64,000 bases of DNA from an uncultured bacterium. GTDB taxonomy: Bacteria; Patescibacteriota; Microgenomatia; UBA1400; UBA12108. The stretch is taken from positions 493-64,492 of the forward strand of contig CAJAUT010000006.1 of assembly GCA_903945195.1 (NCBI GenBank), written 5' to 3'. This document shows positions 8,524 to 17,205 of the stretch, piece after piece. A program made the translations under genes and the position numbers. Within the stretch, counting starts at the first letter, position 1. Each line of letters begins with the position of its first letter. The notes beneath the pieces are model-generated. The model was not told where the DNA came from. It saw only the letters and a program-made list of their open reading frames with translations, and did not search any database.

Positions 8524-10098
8524 CATAGGATTAGTAGGAATAAGATCAGGTCTTTTGCTCAATATATCAGCATATTTAGTAAGTTCGAACGTTTTCTTTT
8601 CTTTTATTGACCAATCTGAGACTTTTGAAAAAACATAATACGAATTTTTCAGCTGTATAGATACTATTTTATCTTTTAGTAAAAAGTTCGAACCCAAGTC
8701 TCTGACCACTCTACCTTTACCCATATCATCAGCTTTCTTAAACTTCTGACTTGCTGTTAATGCAAACTCCATCTCGTCTAGCAATTCTCGGTAACTACGC
8801 CTAACAGGTAGAGCATCTTCTGTACTTTTGAGTATGGTTATTTGATCAGCAATCTTCTTTTTGGCTGGCTTATACTCAGCATCAGTAATTGTCCCATCTA
8901 GCAACTTCTCAAGTAAAAGGGAAGATCTTTTCTCTAGTACAGCAATATCTTTTGATTTATCAAGAACACTGACAGATTCTTGCTTATTTTCTTCAGTCTC
9001 TAAATATGATGACCATTTACTAGCCCAGGATAAGAATTCTTTAGGAATACGAATACTTTTTACAACCTCCTCTAATTGTTCGTTAATCACCGACTTTGAT
9101 ATAGGAGGTTGTACACATGATTGTTGTTGTGACTTATGAGAACAGCGGTAGTAATCGTACGGAACGGTAGTATTAGAGCTTTTGTTAAATTTAAATTTGC
9201 GTGACCCTGAAACCATGCAAGAACAGTCTGCACAAAAGAATAACCCTCTGTAAGGAAAATCATGCTTGCTTCTGAGTGATTTGTGATTAGGATTAATTTT
9301 GGTTTGCACTAAATCAAAAACTTCCTTTGTGACCATTGGTTTGTGCTTGCCATGATACCAATTACCAGACCTCTTAGGCCACTCGAATTCACCATAAAAG
9401 AAAGGATTAGAGATCATCCTGTAGAACCCTGACCTACAAATCAACTCATCTTTGCCACCAGCATCTTTCCATGCTCTACAACCCTCCTCATAGGCCTCAA
9501 CAGGTCGTTTACCCTGCAAGATGGAGTACCAGCAGGACTTTAGATATGGAAAGCGTTTAGTGTCAGGCACAATAGTGCGATAACCCATAAGTTTTTGAGG
9601 CGTATTTTTGTATCCCTCAGGTACTGGAGCAGGTAGCCATCCCATTTTGGCTTTAGCAGTCATCCCACGTTTCACATCAACACTTTTGTTATCATTCTCG
9701 AGTTTAGCCTGACCCCACTCAAAACCTAGAAAGAATCTATCAGTTGGAGAAGCCACATAAGAACGACTAGGAGTAACAATGGTTTGCAGTAACCCCTGAT
9801 CCATTAGGTAGATCATTGCACCTGAATCAACGGAGTTACGAGATAAACGGTTAGGATGCCAGACCAAGATACCGTTAATCTTCTTCTGACCAATCAGGCT
9901 AATCATCTCGTTAAAAGCAGGTCTACCTGGTTTTTTGGCAGATTTAGATTCCTTAAATGTTGCCACAAGGGTAATTCCTAGCTTACTTGCGAGTTTCTTA
10001 ATCTCATCTTCTTGAGCAGGAAGCGATAAGGCTTGGCGATCATCGCTTTCTGAGGATTTACGAAAATAAGCACAGTATTTAATTTCCATGGCTTGCAT
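8509..10098 (-). CDS. Large serine recombinase (intact)
   Basis: Catalytic YFRKSS, WHPNRLSRN, NPFFYG, CADC...YYRC; stop codon lies inside tRNA-Gln. Confidence 0.93.
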   Translation of the reverse strand: MQAMEIKYCAYFRKSSESDDRQALSLPAQEDEIKKLASKLGITLVATFKESKSAKKPGRPAFNEMISLIGQKKINGILVWHPNRLSRNSVDSGAMIYLMDQGLLQTIVTPSRSYVASPTDRFFLGFEWGQAKLENDNKSVDVKRGMTAKAKMGWLPAPVPEGYKNTPQKLMGYRTIVPDTKRFPYLKSCWYSILQGKRPVEAYEEGCRAWKDAGGKDELICRSGFYRMISNPFFYGEFEWPKRSGNWYHGKHKPMVTKEVFDLVQTKINPNHKSLRSKHDFPYRGLFFCADCSCMVSGSRKFKFNKSSNTTVPYDYYRCSHKSQQQSCVQPPISKSVINEQLEEVVKSIRIPKEFLSWASKWSSYLETEENKQESVSVLDKSKDIAVLEKRSSLLLEKLLDGTITDAEYKPAKKKIADQITILKSTEDALPVRRSYRELLDEMEFALTASQKFKKADDMGKGRVVRDLGSNFLLKDKIVSIQLKNSYYVFSKVSDWSIKEKKTFELTKYADILSKRPDLIPTNPMWLRD

Positions 10099-10248
10099 TA
10101 TACCGCCCTCCTAAAATTGTACTTCTCATGCATCGTTTAATGACTGTTAGTAAAGAGTCATTAAACGGGGTCGCAAAAAACATTCTGGTTATGATGTTTT
10201 TCGTCCTATGGCCGAAAAACATCAATTTAGATGATTTTGGGCTTACCC

Positions 10249-10277
10249 TTGTCAAGGTCGCTTCGCTCCCTTGACAA
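10249..10277. other. Hairpin between rep and LSR (candidate rolling-circle origin or terminator)
   Basis: TTGTCAAGG-N11-CCTTGACAA. Confidence 0.4.
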
Positions 10278-10296
10278 CAATTCCAACCCCTAGCCG

Positions 10297-11406
10297 TTAC
10301 CATGTCGCCTCCTCCTCAACCGCAGGCACAGGGAGCAAAGCCTCCTGCGTAGGCTTTTTGAGTAACTCATAACCTAGAGCAAAAGGAGCATTTACTTTGT
10401 TAATGACTAGCTCACTAGGAATGGAAAGGGAAGTAATAGGACTATCCTTCATAACTACCCCAACACCTGACTCAGCAATCATCTTCAGATTACGAGTAAT
10501 TGTGCTGTTGTTGTAGATCATCTTCAAATTCTGCTTTTGCGCAGGACTACCCACGTAGAGCTGGTGAAACAAAAACAGATTTTTGGCTTTAACTTCACCA
10601 TGAACAACAGAAAGTAAATCAAAAATGGTTTTAGGAGAATCAATCCTAATCTCGCTGGAGCGAATGAGTTTAGAAAATAGGGAATTGAGAATGGAGTAGA
10701 CATAGTCTCGATTTTCTAGATCAGCTAAATGGAAACCTCCTCGCTTATCCTTAAAAAGATCATTGAGTTTGGCCTTACGAAGTTGCATCTCAAACCTAAG
10801 TACACCTTCACTTTCAATCTTCATGGCGTCAGCATATTCGCGGTTATACTCTCGCAAATCTCGAAAACCCTTATCAACATACTCAGGACTTTTGAGGTAA
10901 AAGATGCCTGAGTAGGCCTTGCCACGATAAACGATAGAGGTATCGTAATTAGCAGTCATTTTACGTGGGTAGCTATACCCTCGCAGACTATTGAGCAAAG
11001 ATTGAGCTAACTCCTGAGTAGGTAGCTTCCATGCGTAGCAAAGATCTAATCGTTGTAAAACCCAATCATTGACCGGGACGTACTTTACATGAAACCAATC
11101 ACCCATCTCGAGCCTAATCTCATTTAATAAAGCCATCAGATTATCGGGGTAGTACAGATAGACGTTCTGACCATAAACGAGTTTAGGAATGGAAAATTCA
11201 GCATATAGGTCATGGCGAGGAAGCTTCTCGTTGTAAACCATGAACAAGTGAATCGTAAAACTATTATGATATACGAATGTCAGGTTGCACTGTTTACAAA
11301 CAACCTTTCCCTTAAAATCATGTTTTGTAGTAACTACCTGGTGCAAACTCATATCATCAAAATCAACGTGAGTTATGGGAATTTTTAGCTTAATCGTGTC
11401 AATCAT
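10297..11406 (-). CDS. Phage/plasmid replication initiator, gene II/X-like
   Basis: MIDTIKL start, EFSIPKLVYGQN, LQRLDL, FYLK, LRFEMQLR. Confidence 0.7.
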   Translation of the reverse strand: MIDTIKLKIPITHVDFDDMSLHQVVTTKHDFKGKVVCKQCNLTFVYHNSFTIHLFMVYNEKLPRHDLYAEFSIPKLVYGQNVYLYYPDNLMALLNEIRLEMGDWFHVKYVPVNDWVLQRLDLCYAWKLPTQELAQSLLNSLRGYSYPRKMTANYDTSIVYRGKAYSGIFYLKSPEYVDKGFRDLREYNREYADAMKIESEGVLRFEMQLRKAKLNDLFKDKRGGFHLADLENRDYVYSILNSLFSKLIRSSEIRIDSPKTIFDLLSVVHGEVKAKNLFLFHQLYVGSPAQKQNLKMIYNNSTITRNLKMIAESGVGVVMKDSPITSLSIPSELVINKVNAPFALGYELLKKPTQEALLPVPAVEEEATW

Positions 11407-11650
11407 GTGTCTCCTCAGCAGTAAATCTGTAGAGGTCTAGGAGGTACACGGCTAACTTTCTCGCCTCAATCAGGGTTAGAAGTACACCAAACCGCTTTTG
11501 ATAATGAGTCTGAAACTCAATGACTGCCGAATCAGGTAAATTGCCAGCAGAATACCCACGATTACTCGCGTTAGCTAAATTCTTTGTCTGGGAATTACTT
11601 TCTTGAAAATTACACGACAAAGCTGGCGACTTATCGTCCCCATGACCCAT
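11399..11650 (-). CDS. Small hypothetical protein (true start probably downstream)
   Basis: Overlaps rep start; FQTHYQKRFGV-LT--EA pattern resembles small proteins near CPR recombinases. Confidence 0.5.
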   Translation of the reverse strand: MGHGDDKSPALSCNFQESNSQTKNLANASNRGYSAGNLPDSAVIEFQTHYQKRFGVLLTLIEARKLAVYLLDLYRFTAEETHD

Positions 11651-11801
11651 ATGATTTCATACAATGGATACCGCTTGTCTAGCACCGCCTAACCAACCGC
11701 CCAATTGGTAAGGTACTTTTACACCTATAGTGTCAAAAATGCAATTAAAATCACAAATTATAAAAAACTTAATATACTGAAACAAAATTCATGGTGAAAA
11801 A

Positions 11802-12128
11802 TCAGTAAGCCTTAAGCTTAAGCCATATTTCCACTAAACCAAGGACTAAGGAACAAAACGCTGTAAAAACACCAACCACAACAGTGATTATTAGGATTTT
11901 ATTTTGCTTTTTTAAAAGATCTAATTGCTGTTGAAAATTATTTTTAGATTCTTGTCGATCCCACTCTGGCTGCATTTGCTCGGATAAGGTCGAAACAGGG
12001 AATTTCCAATCTTGATACAATCTCTCAATAACATGACCTAAACTAAAAATCGCTCTTTCGATGGAGCCAATTTTATTTAACAATCGTTCATCAATAGACT
12101 CAGGCATATCAGATATCCTAAGCATCAA
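11802..12128 (-). CDS. Hypothetical protein with C-terminal transmembrane helix
   Basis: Hydrophobic C-terminus; co-oriented with neighbours. Confidence 0.55.
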   Translation of the reverse strand: MMLRISDMPESIDERLLNKIGSIERAIFSLGHVIERLYQDWKFPVSTLSEQMQPEWDRQESKNNFQQQLDLLKKQNKILIITVVVGVFTAFCSLVLGLVEIWLKLKAY

Positions 12129-12444
12129 AAATAGTTATACCGAAAAATGATAAGAAGCGGGAAAAAAGTGATTTACTGCCAGATAAATGTTTAAAAACAT
12201 AAGCATCAGGAGAATTGATTGCATAAGATAGATCCATAAGCAGATCAGAACGATTCTTCAGGGTATCAGAACTAGGAACCTTAACTATTCCTTTTAACTT
12301 TTCTTCTAGATCTCTCCGAATTTCTTCATTATCTGCTAGGATACTCAGAAAAACTGCTGAACCTGTTAATTGCTCAAAATAATCATCAAATACCTTTTGT
12401 TCTTTAGGAATGAAAACTAGTTTTTGTTTTTTTAGGTAATCCAT
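12118..12444 (-). CDS. Hypothetical protein
   Basis: Start reassigned to MDYLKK, 1 nt after the upstream stop. Confidence 0.5.
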   Translation of the reverse strand: MDYLKKQKLVFIPKEQKVFDDYFEQLTGSAVFLSILADNEEIRRDLEEKLKGIVKVPSSDTLKNRSDLLMDLSYAINSPDAYVFKHLSGSKSLFSRFLSFFGITIFDA

Positions 12445-12445
12445 G

Positions 12446-12697
12446 TTACTTAGTTTTTTCTGAGTTAGGCTTAGAAAAATAATAAAAACTATTACAAACG
12501 TTGCATTCCCAATATTCCAAAAGCTTCTCATTAGAAGGTAAAGGTATCCAAAAAATATGCCAGGTACTCCTACCAATTTTTTTTATAAAGGGAGTAATCT
12601 CCTTACAATTATCACAATGAGCCTTCAAAACCTCATCCTCTGGTGCTACCTCACCGCTCATTGCCGTACCAGTACCGTTAATTAATGAAAAATACAT
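12446..12697 (-). CDS. Zinc-ribbon domain protein
   Basis: CDNC...HIFWIPL...CNVC. Confidence 0.65.
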   Translation of the reverse strand: MYFSLINGTGTAMSGEVAPEDEVLKAHCDNCKEITPFIKKIGRSTWHIFWIPLPSNEKLLEYWECNVCNSFYYFSKPNSEKTK

Positions 12698-12721
12698 ACA
12701 ACAAGTATAACAGTAATTATA

Positions 12722-12973
12722 TTACTTGAGTAAACTACCCCAAACAAAAAACCAAACTATGCCTAAGACCATTAAAGCTAATATTAAATATAAAAGTACT
12801 TTAAATATTTTGTGAAAAACTAAATAAGCATTTAGTAAACCATATTTTTTTAATAAATTCTCCCACTTATCAATAAAATTCTTTTTGACAATCGGTCCAA
12901 AATAACTTATCAAATAATACAAAACACCAACAAGACCAAGAAAAGACGCTTTTGCAAGAAGATCATTAGTCAT
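12722..12973 (-). CDS. Small membrane protein
   Basis: Two hydrophobic segments. Confidence 0.55.
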   Translation of the reverse strand: MTNDLLAKASFLGLVGVLYYLISYFGPIVKKNFIDKWENLLKKYGLLNAYLVFHKIFKVLLYLILALMVLGIVWFFVWGSLLK

Positions 12974-13041
12974 AAATAAATTATACGCTAATTAGTCTCA
13001 AGATCCAAAAGCATAAGAAGAAGACGGAAAACTATAGGGAT

Positions 13042-13070
13042 GGTTCGCAATCTCGTCCCATATCCGCAAC
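13042..13070 (+). repeat. attR-like degenerate tRNA-Gln 3' end
   Basis: GGTTCGCAATCTCGTCCCATATCCGCAAC vs tRNA GGTTCGAACCCTAGTCCCGCAAC. Confidence 0.65.
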
Positions 13071-13419
13071 ACCTCTGGAGGCGGTTTAGGTCGTAAGAAC
13101 CTGATAAACTTAAATAATGACCGAAACAACCCCAATTCCATTAGACGCAGTAATCTATGAACGTTTTAAAGAATTTGGGGCCATGCAAGCCTACGAATAT
13201 CTTGATGGTGATAAAGCTGCAAGAGAAGTTCAAAAGAAATCGTTCTTGAGTGGGGAAATTGAAAATCCCAAATTAGATTACCCCAAAATTGACCTATCTT
13301 TACTAGAGAGTAGAGAGAATCAACTACTAGATCTCAAAGCTGATATTTTAAAAGATGAACCAAATGAAACCGTAAAGCAAGTATATCGTTGGAAAATAAA
13401 CGAAAAAATTGCAGAAATA

Positions 13420-14508
13420 GGGTTAAGTGACATTTTGCGTTGGTTTTTCACTCCTGTTTCCGTTTCAGTAGTAAAGCAATAATTTGTCGCCTTTGAAGTA
13501 GTTTTGTGCCGCGATGATGATCTATTAGTCGTTGGATCTGGGCATTGATTCCACCCTCAATTCGGTTAGAGGTGTTTGGTATTTGTGGATAGCGGAGATA
13601 CTGAAAAAGATTGGGGAGAGCATTCTTTAAATGCGAGTGAGAGGCATGGAGGTGACCGTGAGTGTAGTGCCACTTGCGACGCCCCGTGGGAGTTAGTTTT
13701 TCTTGATAGGTTCTCTCTTTGAGGAATGCCCGATACTGCTGATACCAAGATTTATAGGTGAGCAACCAAGTTCTCAAATCATCCTTGGATTTCACTAGGA
13801 CGATTTGATTAACAAGGTATTTAAGTTTTCTAGCTGCCTCTGTTTCTGGGTGTTTGGTGAGGAGCAAGTTAATTTGATGGATCACGTGGAACTGGCACCT
13901 TTGGATGATCACTCCAGGGTAGCGGAGCTTGATTGCCTTAAGCATTCCTTTCTGTCCATCACATATAACTGCACGGGGAAAGGCACTGATACTATTCAAA
14001 AAAGTCAGCCAGGTGGAGGAGTTTTCTGTATAAGTGAAGTGCCAGCCAACTACTTGATTGAGTGGATTCTGAGCAATGAGAACGGTTGCACCATACTCAA
14101 CATAGTATCCATCAATAATGAAGATGTCGCTTTGGATGAGGTGACAACTTGGAGTGATCTCCTCATCCCTAAAAGGGGTAAACCACCTATCTAGAGTGCG
14201 ACGAGTGACTCTGTACGCCACCCCAAAGTCTGACAAAGTTAACTTGCTGAGGAGCCATTTCTGATACAGCTGACGGTGATATTTCTGAGTGAGATCGACT
14301 CTTAACCTCGTTTCATTAGACCCACAACGAGGACATCGGTAGTGTGCCTTTCCACTTCTATGGCTTCCCCATTTCTGCATCGGTTTTCGACACTTGGAAC
14401 ACCATTTTTTTTGCCATATTAATCTCCAGGTAGCTTAATTGTTTCTGATTATATCCTATCCATCCGTCAAATCACTCGATTTTACCAACGCAAAATGTCA
14501 CTTAACCC
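13420..14508 (-). mobile_element. Insertion sequence, IS256 family (IS1249-like), 1089 bp
   Basis: Perfect 25-bp TIRs GGGTTAAGTGACATTTTGCGTTGGT; 8-bp TSD CAGAAATA at 13412-13419 and 14509-14516. Confidence 0.92.
13448..14417 (-). CDS. DDE transposase; ATG at 14417 is out of frame across an A8 run
   Basis: IIDG, ICDG, IQRCQFH, NRIEGGIN; in-frame CSKC upstream of the track start 14380. Confidence 0.85.
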
Positions 14509-15563
14509 CAGAAATACGCATGCTTCATGCATCAGAGTCAGGTGACATGAGGAAATTTAAAAAGTATTCCGAATTTGTATACGGGAAACCATCAGAAGAT
14601 ATTTTCGGATATACCGTTAACTCAATTCGATCCGAAGCAACATTAAATCTCGCAAGTGATGACGAAACAATTCAGGCAGCAGCAAGAGAGTTATTGGAAA
14701 TACTACCAAGCGAATTACCTCATCATGAAATAAGTTTAATACCAAATGATGAGGCAATAGCAAGCATGAGACAGGCTACGCTTGAATCTGCAGGAGACTT
14801 AATAGAGCTCCCCGAAGGCACTACTTTCGATGCTTCGAGTATTAAGACTACTTTTGACAGTGCTCTAGAAACTCTCAAGGCTGATGGATGGCAAGTGGTA
14901 ATAGATACAAGTAGTAAGTCTGGGATTAGTGTCGACCAAGAAAAACAACAAGTTAAAATACCTGAAGGAAGAACGTTGACTCCCAATAAGTTGCAAACAC
15001 TGATAGTACATGAAATAGGAACGCACGTAAAACGCAGGGTAACTGGGGAACGATCCAAACTTAAGCTTTTGGGATTAGGCCTCGATAGGTATGAGACTGG
15101 CGAGGAAGGGGTAGCAACAGCAAGAGAACAAGCTATGTCAGGGAAAGTAGATGACTTTGCAGGATTAGACGGTCACCTAGCAATTGGCCTTGCGTACGGT
15201 TTAGATGGCACACCAAGAAACTTTAGAGAAGTGTACGAAGTACTGAAAAAATATTACAAATTAACCAGTCTAGTCGGAAAAGAAGCTAAGGAAACTGTTG
15301 AAGACAAATCTTCAGATAAAGCATGGAATCGTTGCGTGCGTACGTTTAGAGGAAGTGACTCAAAAACAAAAGGGGCATGTTTCACAAAGGACATCGTCTA
15401 TAGAGAAGGAAATATTGGTACTTGGAATGTTATACGAAACAACCCACAAGAAATGGCGAGATTTGATGTAGGTAAGTACGATCCCAGTAACCCTAGACAT
15501 ATTTGGATACTGGAAACTTTAGGCATTGAAGACGCTGAAATTGTATAACCGATTTTTATACCA

Positions 15564-15591
15564 GGTTCTAACATAGTCCGTTACCGCCAAC
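15564..15591 (+). repeat. Cassette right end, copy 1
   Basis: GGTTCTAACATAGTCCGTTACCGCCAAC. Confidence 0.9.
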
Positions 15592-15629
15592 ATACAAAAA
15601 GAGACGTACATATCCGTCTTTTTTTGTAT
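15592..15629. terminator. Bidirectional terminator-like hairpin
   Basis: ATACAAAAAGAGACG-N8-CGTCTTTTTTTGTAT. Confidence 0.6.
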
Positions 15630-15730
15630 AATGTAGATATAGTTTCGAACCGTAGGTTAGAATCACACATCAAGTCACGAAGTGACCTGAGAAATGTATC
15701 CAGAAACGAAGTATTCTGGGATACCTAGCT

Positions 15731-15788
15731 CGGCAACTTTACTGGATCAAAATAGATCATGTTTCAATTCGTCAGAACCTGATAAAAT
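15731..15788 (+). repeat. Cassette left end (58 bp), near-identical to 16391-16448
   Basis: CGGCAACTTTACTGGATCAAAATAGATCATGTTTCAATTCGTCAGAACCTGATAAAAT. Confidence 0.9.
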
Positions 15789-15794
15789 CAGTTT

Positions 15795-16364
15795 ATGATA
15801 AATGGAGTAATTTTTGATATTGGTGGCGTATTAATAGATGATCCACAATTTAAATCATTCTGGGGAGAAAGCAAAAAGGGAGCTGAACTAAGGGAACTAT
15901 TTGGTACGGGAAAAATATCACGAGAAGGTTTTGTTAAGGATGGAGCACATATTATTGGAGTATCTCCAGATATTTTTTTAACTCAATATATCGAGGCATA
16001 TTCTCAAATGAAAAGAATCCCCCAGACAATGGAGGTATTCAATAGCATCAATAAACAAAAATATATATTTTCCGACACAAATCCAATTCATTTAGAAATA
16101 TGTCAGAAATTATTCCCTGAAATATTTGAAAGTAGTAGTAAACAATTCTTATCTTATGAAATGAAACTAAGAAAGAATAGTAATAAAGCATTTCAACTAA
16201 TGCTCAACAATCTCCCATATAAAGCACATGAGCTAATATTTATTGATAATAATCCTAATTACATAGAAACAGCAAAATCCCTAGGTCTAAACACAATATT
16301 ATTTAATGCAGAATGCAATTTAACAAAATCCCTACTGCAAATTGATCAAAATATGTTTGATTGA
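15795..16364 (+). CDS. HAD-superfamily hydrolase
   Basis: IFDIGGVL, SDTN, LIFIDN. Confidence 0.85.
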   Translation: MINGVIFDIGGVLIDDPQFKSFWGESKKGAELRELFGTGKISREGFVKDGAHIIGVSPDIFLTQYIEAYSQMKRIPQTMEVFNSINKQKYIFSDTNPIHLEICQKLFPEIFESSSKQFLSYEMKLRKNSNKAFQLMLNNLPYKAHELIFIDNNPNYIETAKSLGLNTILFNAECNLTKSLLQIDQNMFD

Positions 16365-16369
16365 TACCA

Positions 16370-16448
16370 GTTTCTAACATAGTCCGTTACCGCCAACTTC
16401 ACTAGATCAAAATAGATCATGTTTCAATTCGTCAGAACCTGATAAAAT
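16370..16448 (+). repeat. Cassette junction: right end copy 2 fused to the next left end
   Basis: GTTTCTAACATAGTCCGTTACCGCCAAC | TTCACTAGATCAAAATAGATCATGTTTCAATTCGTCAGAACCTGATAAAAT. Confidence 0.9.
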
Positions 16449-16454
16449 ACCCTC

Positions 16455-17084
16455 ATGAAAAAATATCAACTATATCTGTACGATTGGGATGGTTGTATTG
16501 CGAAAACGCTAAATATTTGGCTTGACGCGTACAAAAAATTATTCAGCGAATATGATGTTCAGATTTCGGAACAAACAATCATCACTAAGGTTTTTGGAGA
16601 TTGGGAAGGACCGAAGAAAGTTGGAGTCAAAGATAACGAGCAATTTACCAAAGAATTACTTAACCTAGTAAACACAGGCTTTCAGACACTAGAACTTTAC
16701 CCTAAAGCTAAAGAAACAATAGTTAAATTAAAGGAGCTTGGAGTAAAGATAGCTATAGTTAGCAGCTCCAAGTGGGACTCTATCAAACCTGCTTTCGAGA
16801 AAAACAACTTATCAAAGTTAGTGGACACAGTAATATCTGCAGAATCCGTTACTCATCACAAACCTGATCCTGAATCAATATATAAAGCGATGAAAGAGTG
16901 CGGAATTACTAACAAAGAAGACGTAGTTATAATAGGGGACTCTAACAAAGATGTTGTGTGTGGTGCTAACGCAAATATTGATACGATATTATTTTACCCA
17001 CCTGAAAATCACAAATTCTACGACGAACAATACTTTAAACCATCAACATTTGTGATAACAGACCATTTGAGTATTGTGGAATAG
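16455..17084 (+). CDS. HAD-superfamily hydrolase (PpaX/Gph-like)
   Basis: YDWDGCI, HKPDPESI, IIGDSNKDV. Confidence 0.9.
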   Translation: MKKYQLYLYDWDGCIAKTLNIWLDAYKKLFSEYDVQISEQTIITKVFGDWEGPKKVGVKDNEQFTKELLNLVNTGFQTLELYPKAKETIVKLKELGVKIAIVSSSKWDSIKPAFEKNNLSKLVDTVISAESVTHHKPDPESIYKAMKECGITNKEDVVIIGDSNKDVVCGANANIDTILFYPPENHKFYDEQYFKPSTFVITDHLSIVE

Positions 17085-17094
17085 TTTGATAATA

Positions 17095-17122
17095 GGTTCT
17101 AACATAGTCCGTTACCGCCAAC
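17095..17122 (+). repeat. Cassette right end, copy 3
   Basis: GGTTCTAACATAGTCCGTTACCGCCAAC, identical to 15564-15591. Confidence 0.9.
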
Positions 17123-17205
17123 AGAAACATCAATGTTAAATACCCAAAATATTTGTATTTGCTATAATTTCTCAGATATTACTCACAATTAAAAAGGAGT
17201 AACAA

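Larger units (their letters stand above)
8521..13070 (-). mobile_element. ~4.55-kb integrative element at the tRNA-Gln 3' end (LSR + II/X-type Rep + small AT-rich cargo)
   Basis: LSR ends in the tRNA; degenerate tRNA-end copy GGTTCG...GTCC...CCGCAAC at 13042-13070. Confidence 0.75.
13117..15548 (+). pseudogene. DUF1704/MATCAP-like metallopeptidase (~444 aa) interrupted by an IS
   Basis: Removing the IS and one TSD rejoins KIAEI-RMLHAS in frame; HEIGTH, EEG, FTKDIVY, VGKYD motifs. Confidence 0.85.
13071..17122 (+). mobile_element. Tandem array of three single-gene cassettes plus one non-coding unit
   Basis: Shared left motif TCGT(A/C)AGAACCTGATAAA at 13091, 15769, 16429; shared right end at 15564, 16370, 17095. 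Confidence 0.75.

Noticed and set aside
12445-12576. N-terminal extension of ORF 12118-12576
   Set aside because: It overlaps the zinc-ribbon gene; ATG 12444 gives a clean tandem arrangement.
13117-15548. ORFs 13117-13482 and 14439-15548 as two separate genes
   Set aside because: They are halves of one IS-interrupted gene; their inner ends are IS sequence.
15564-17122. Classical integron attC sites
   Set aside because: TTCTAAC/GTCAGAA loosely resemble R''/R' boxes, but the sequence between them is not palindromic, the GTT triplet is missing and there is no IntI-type tyrosine recombinase.
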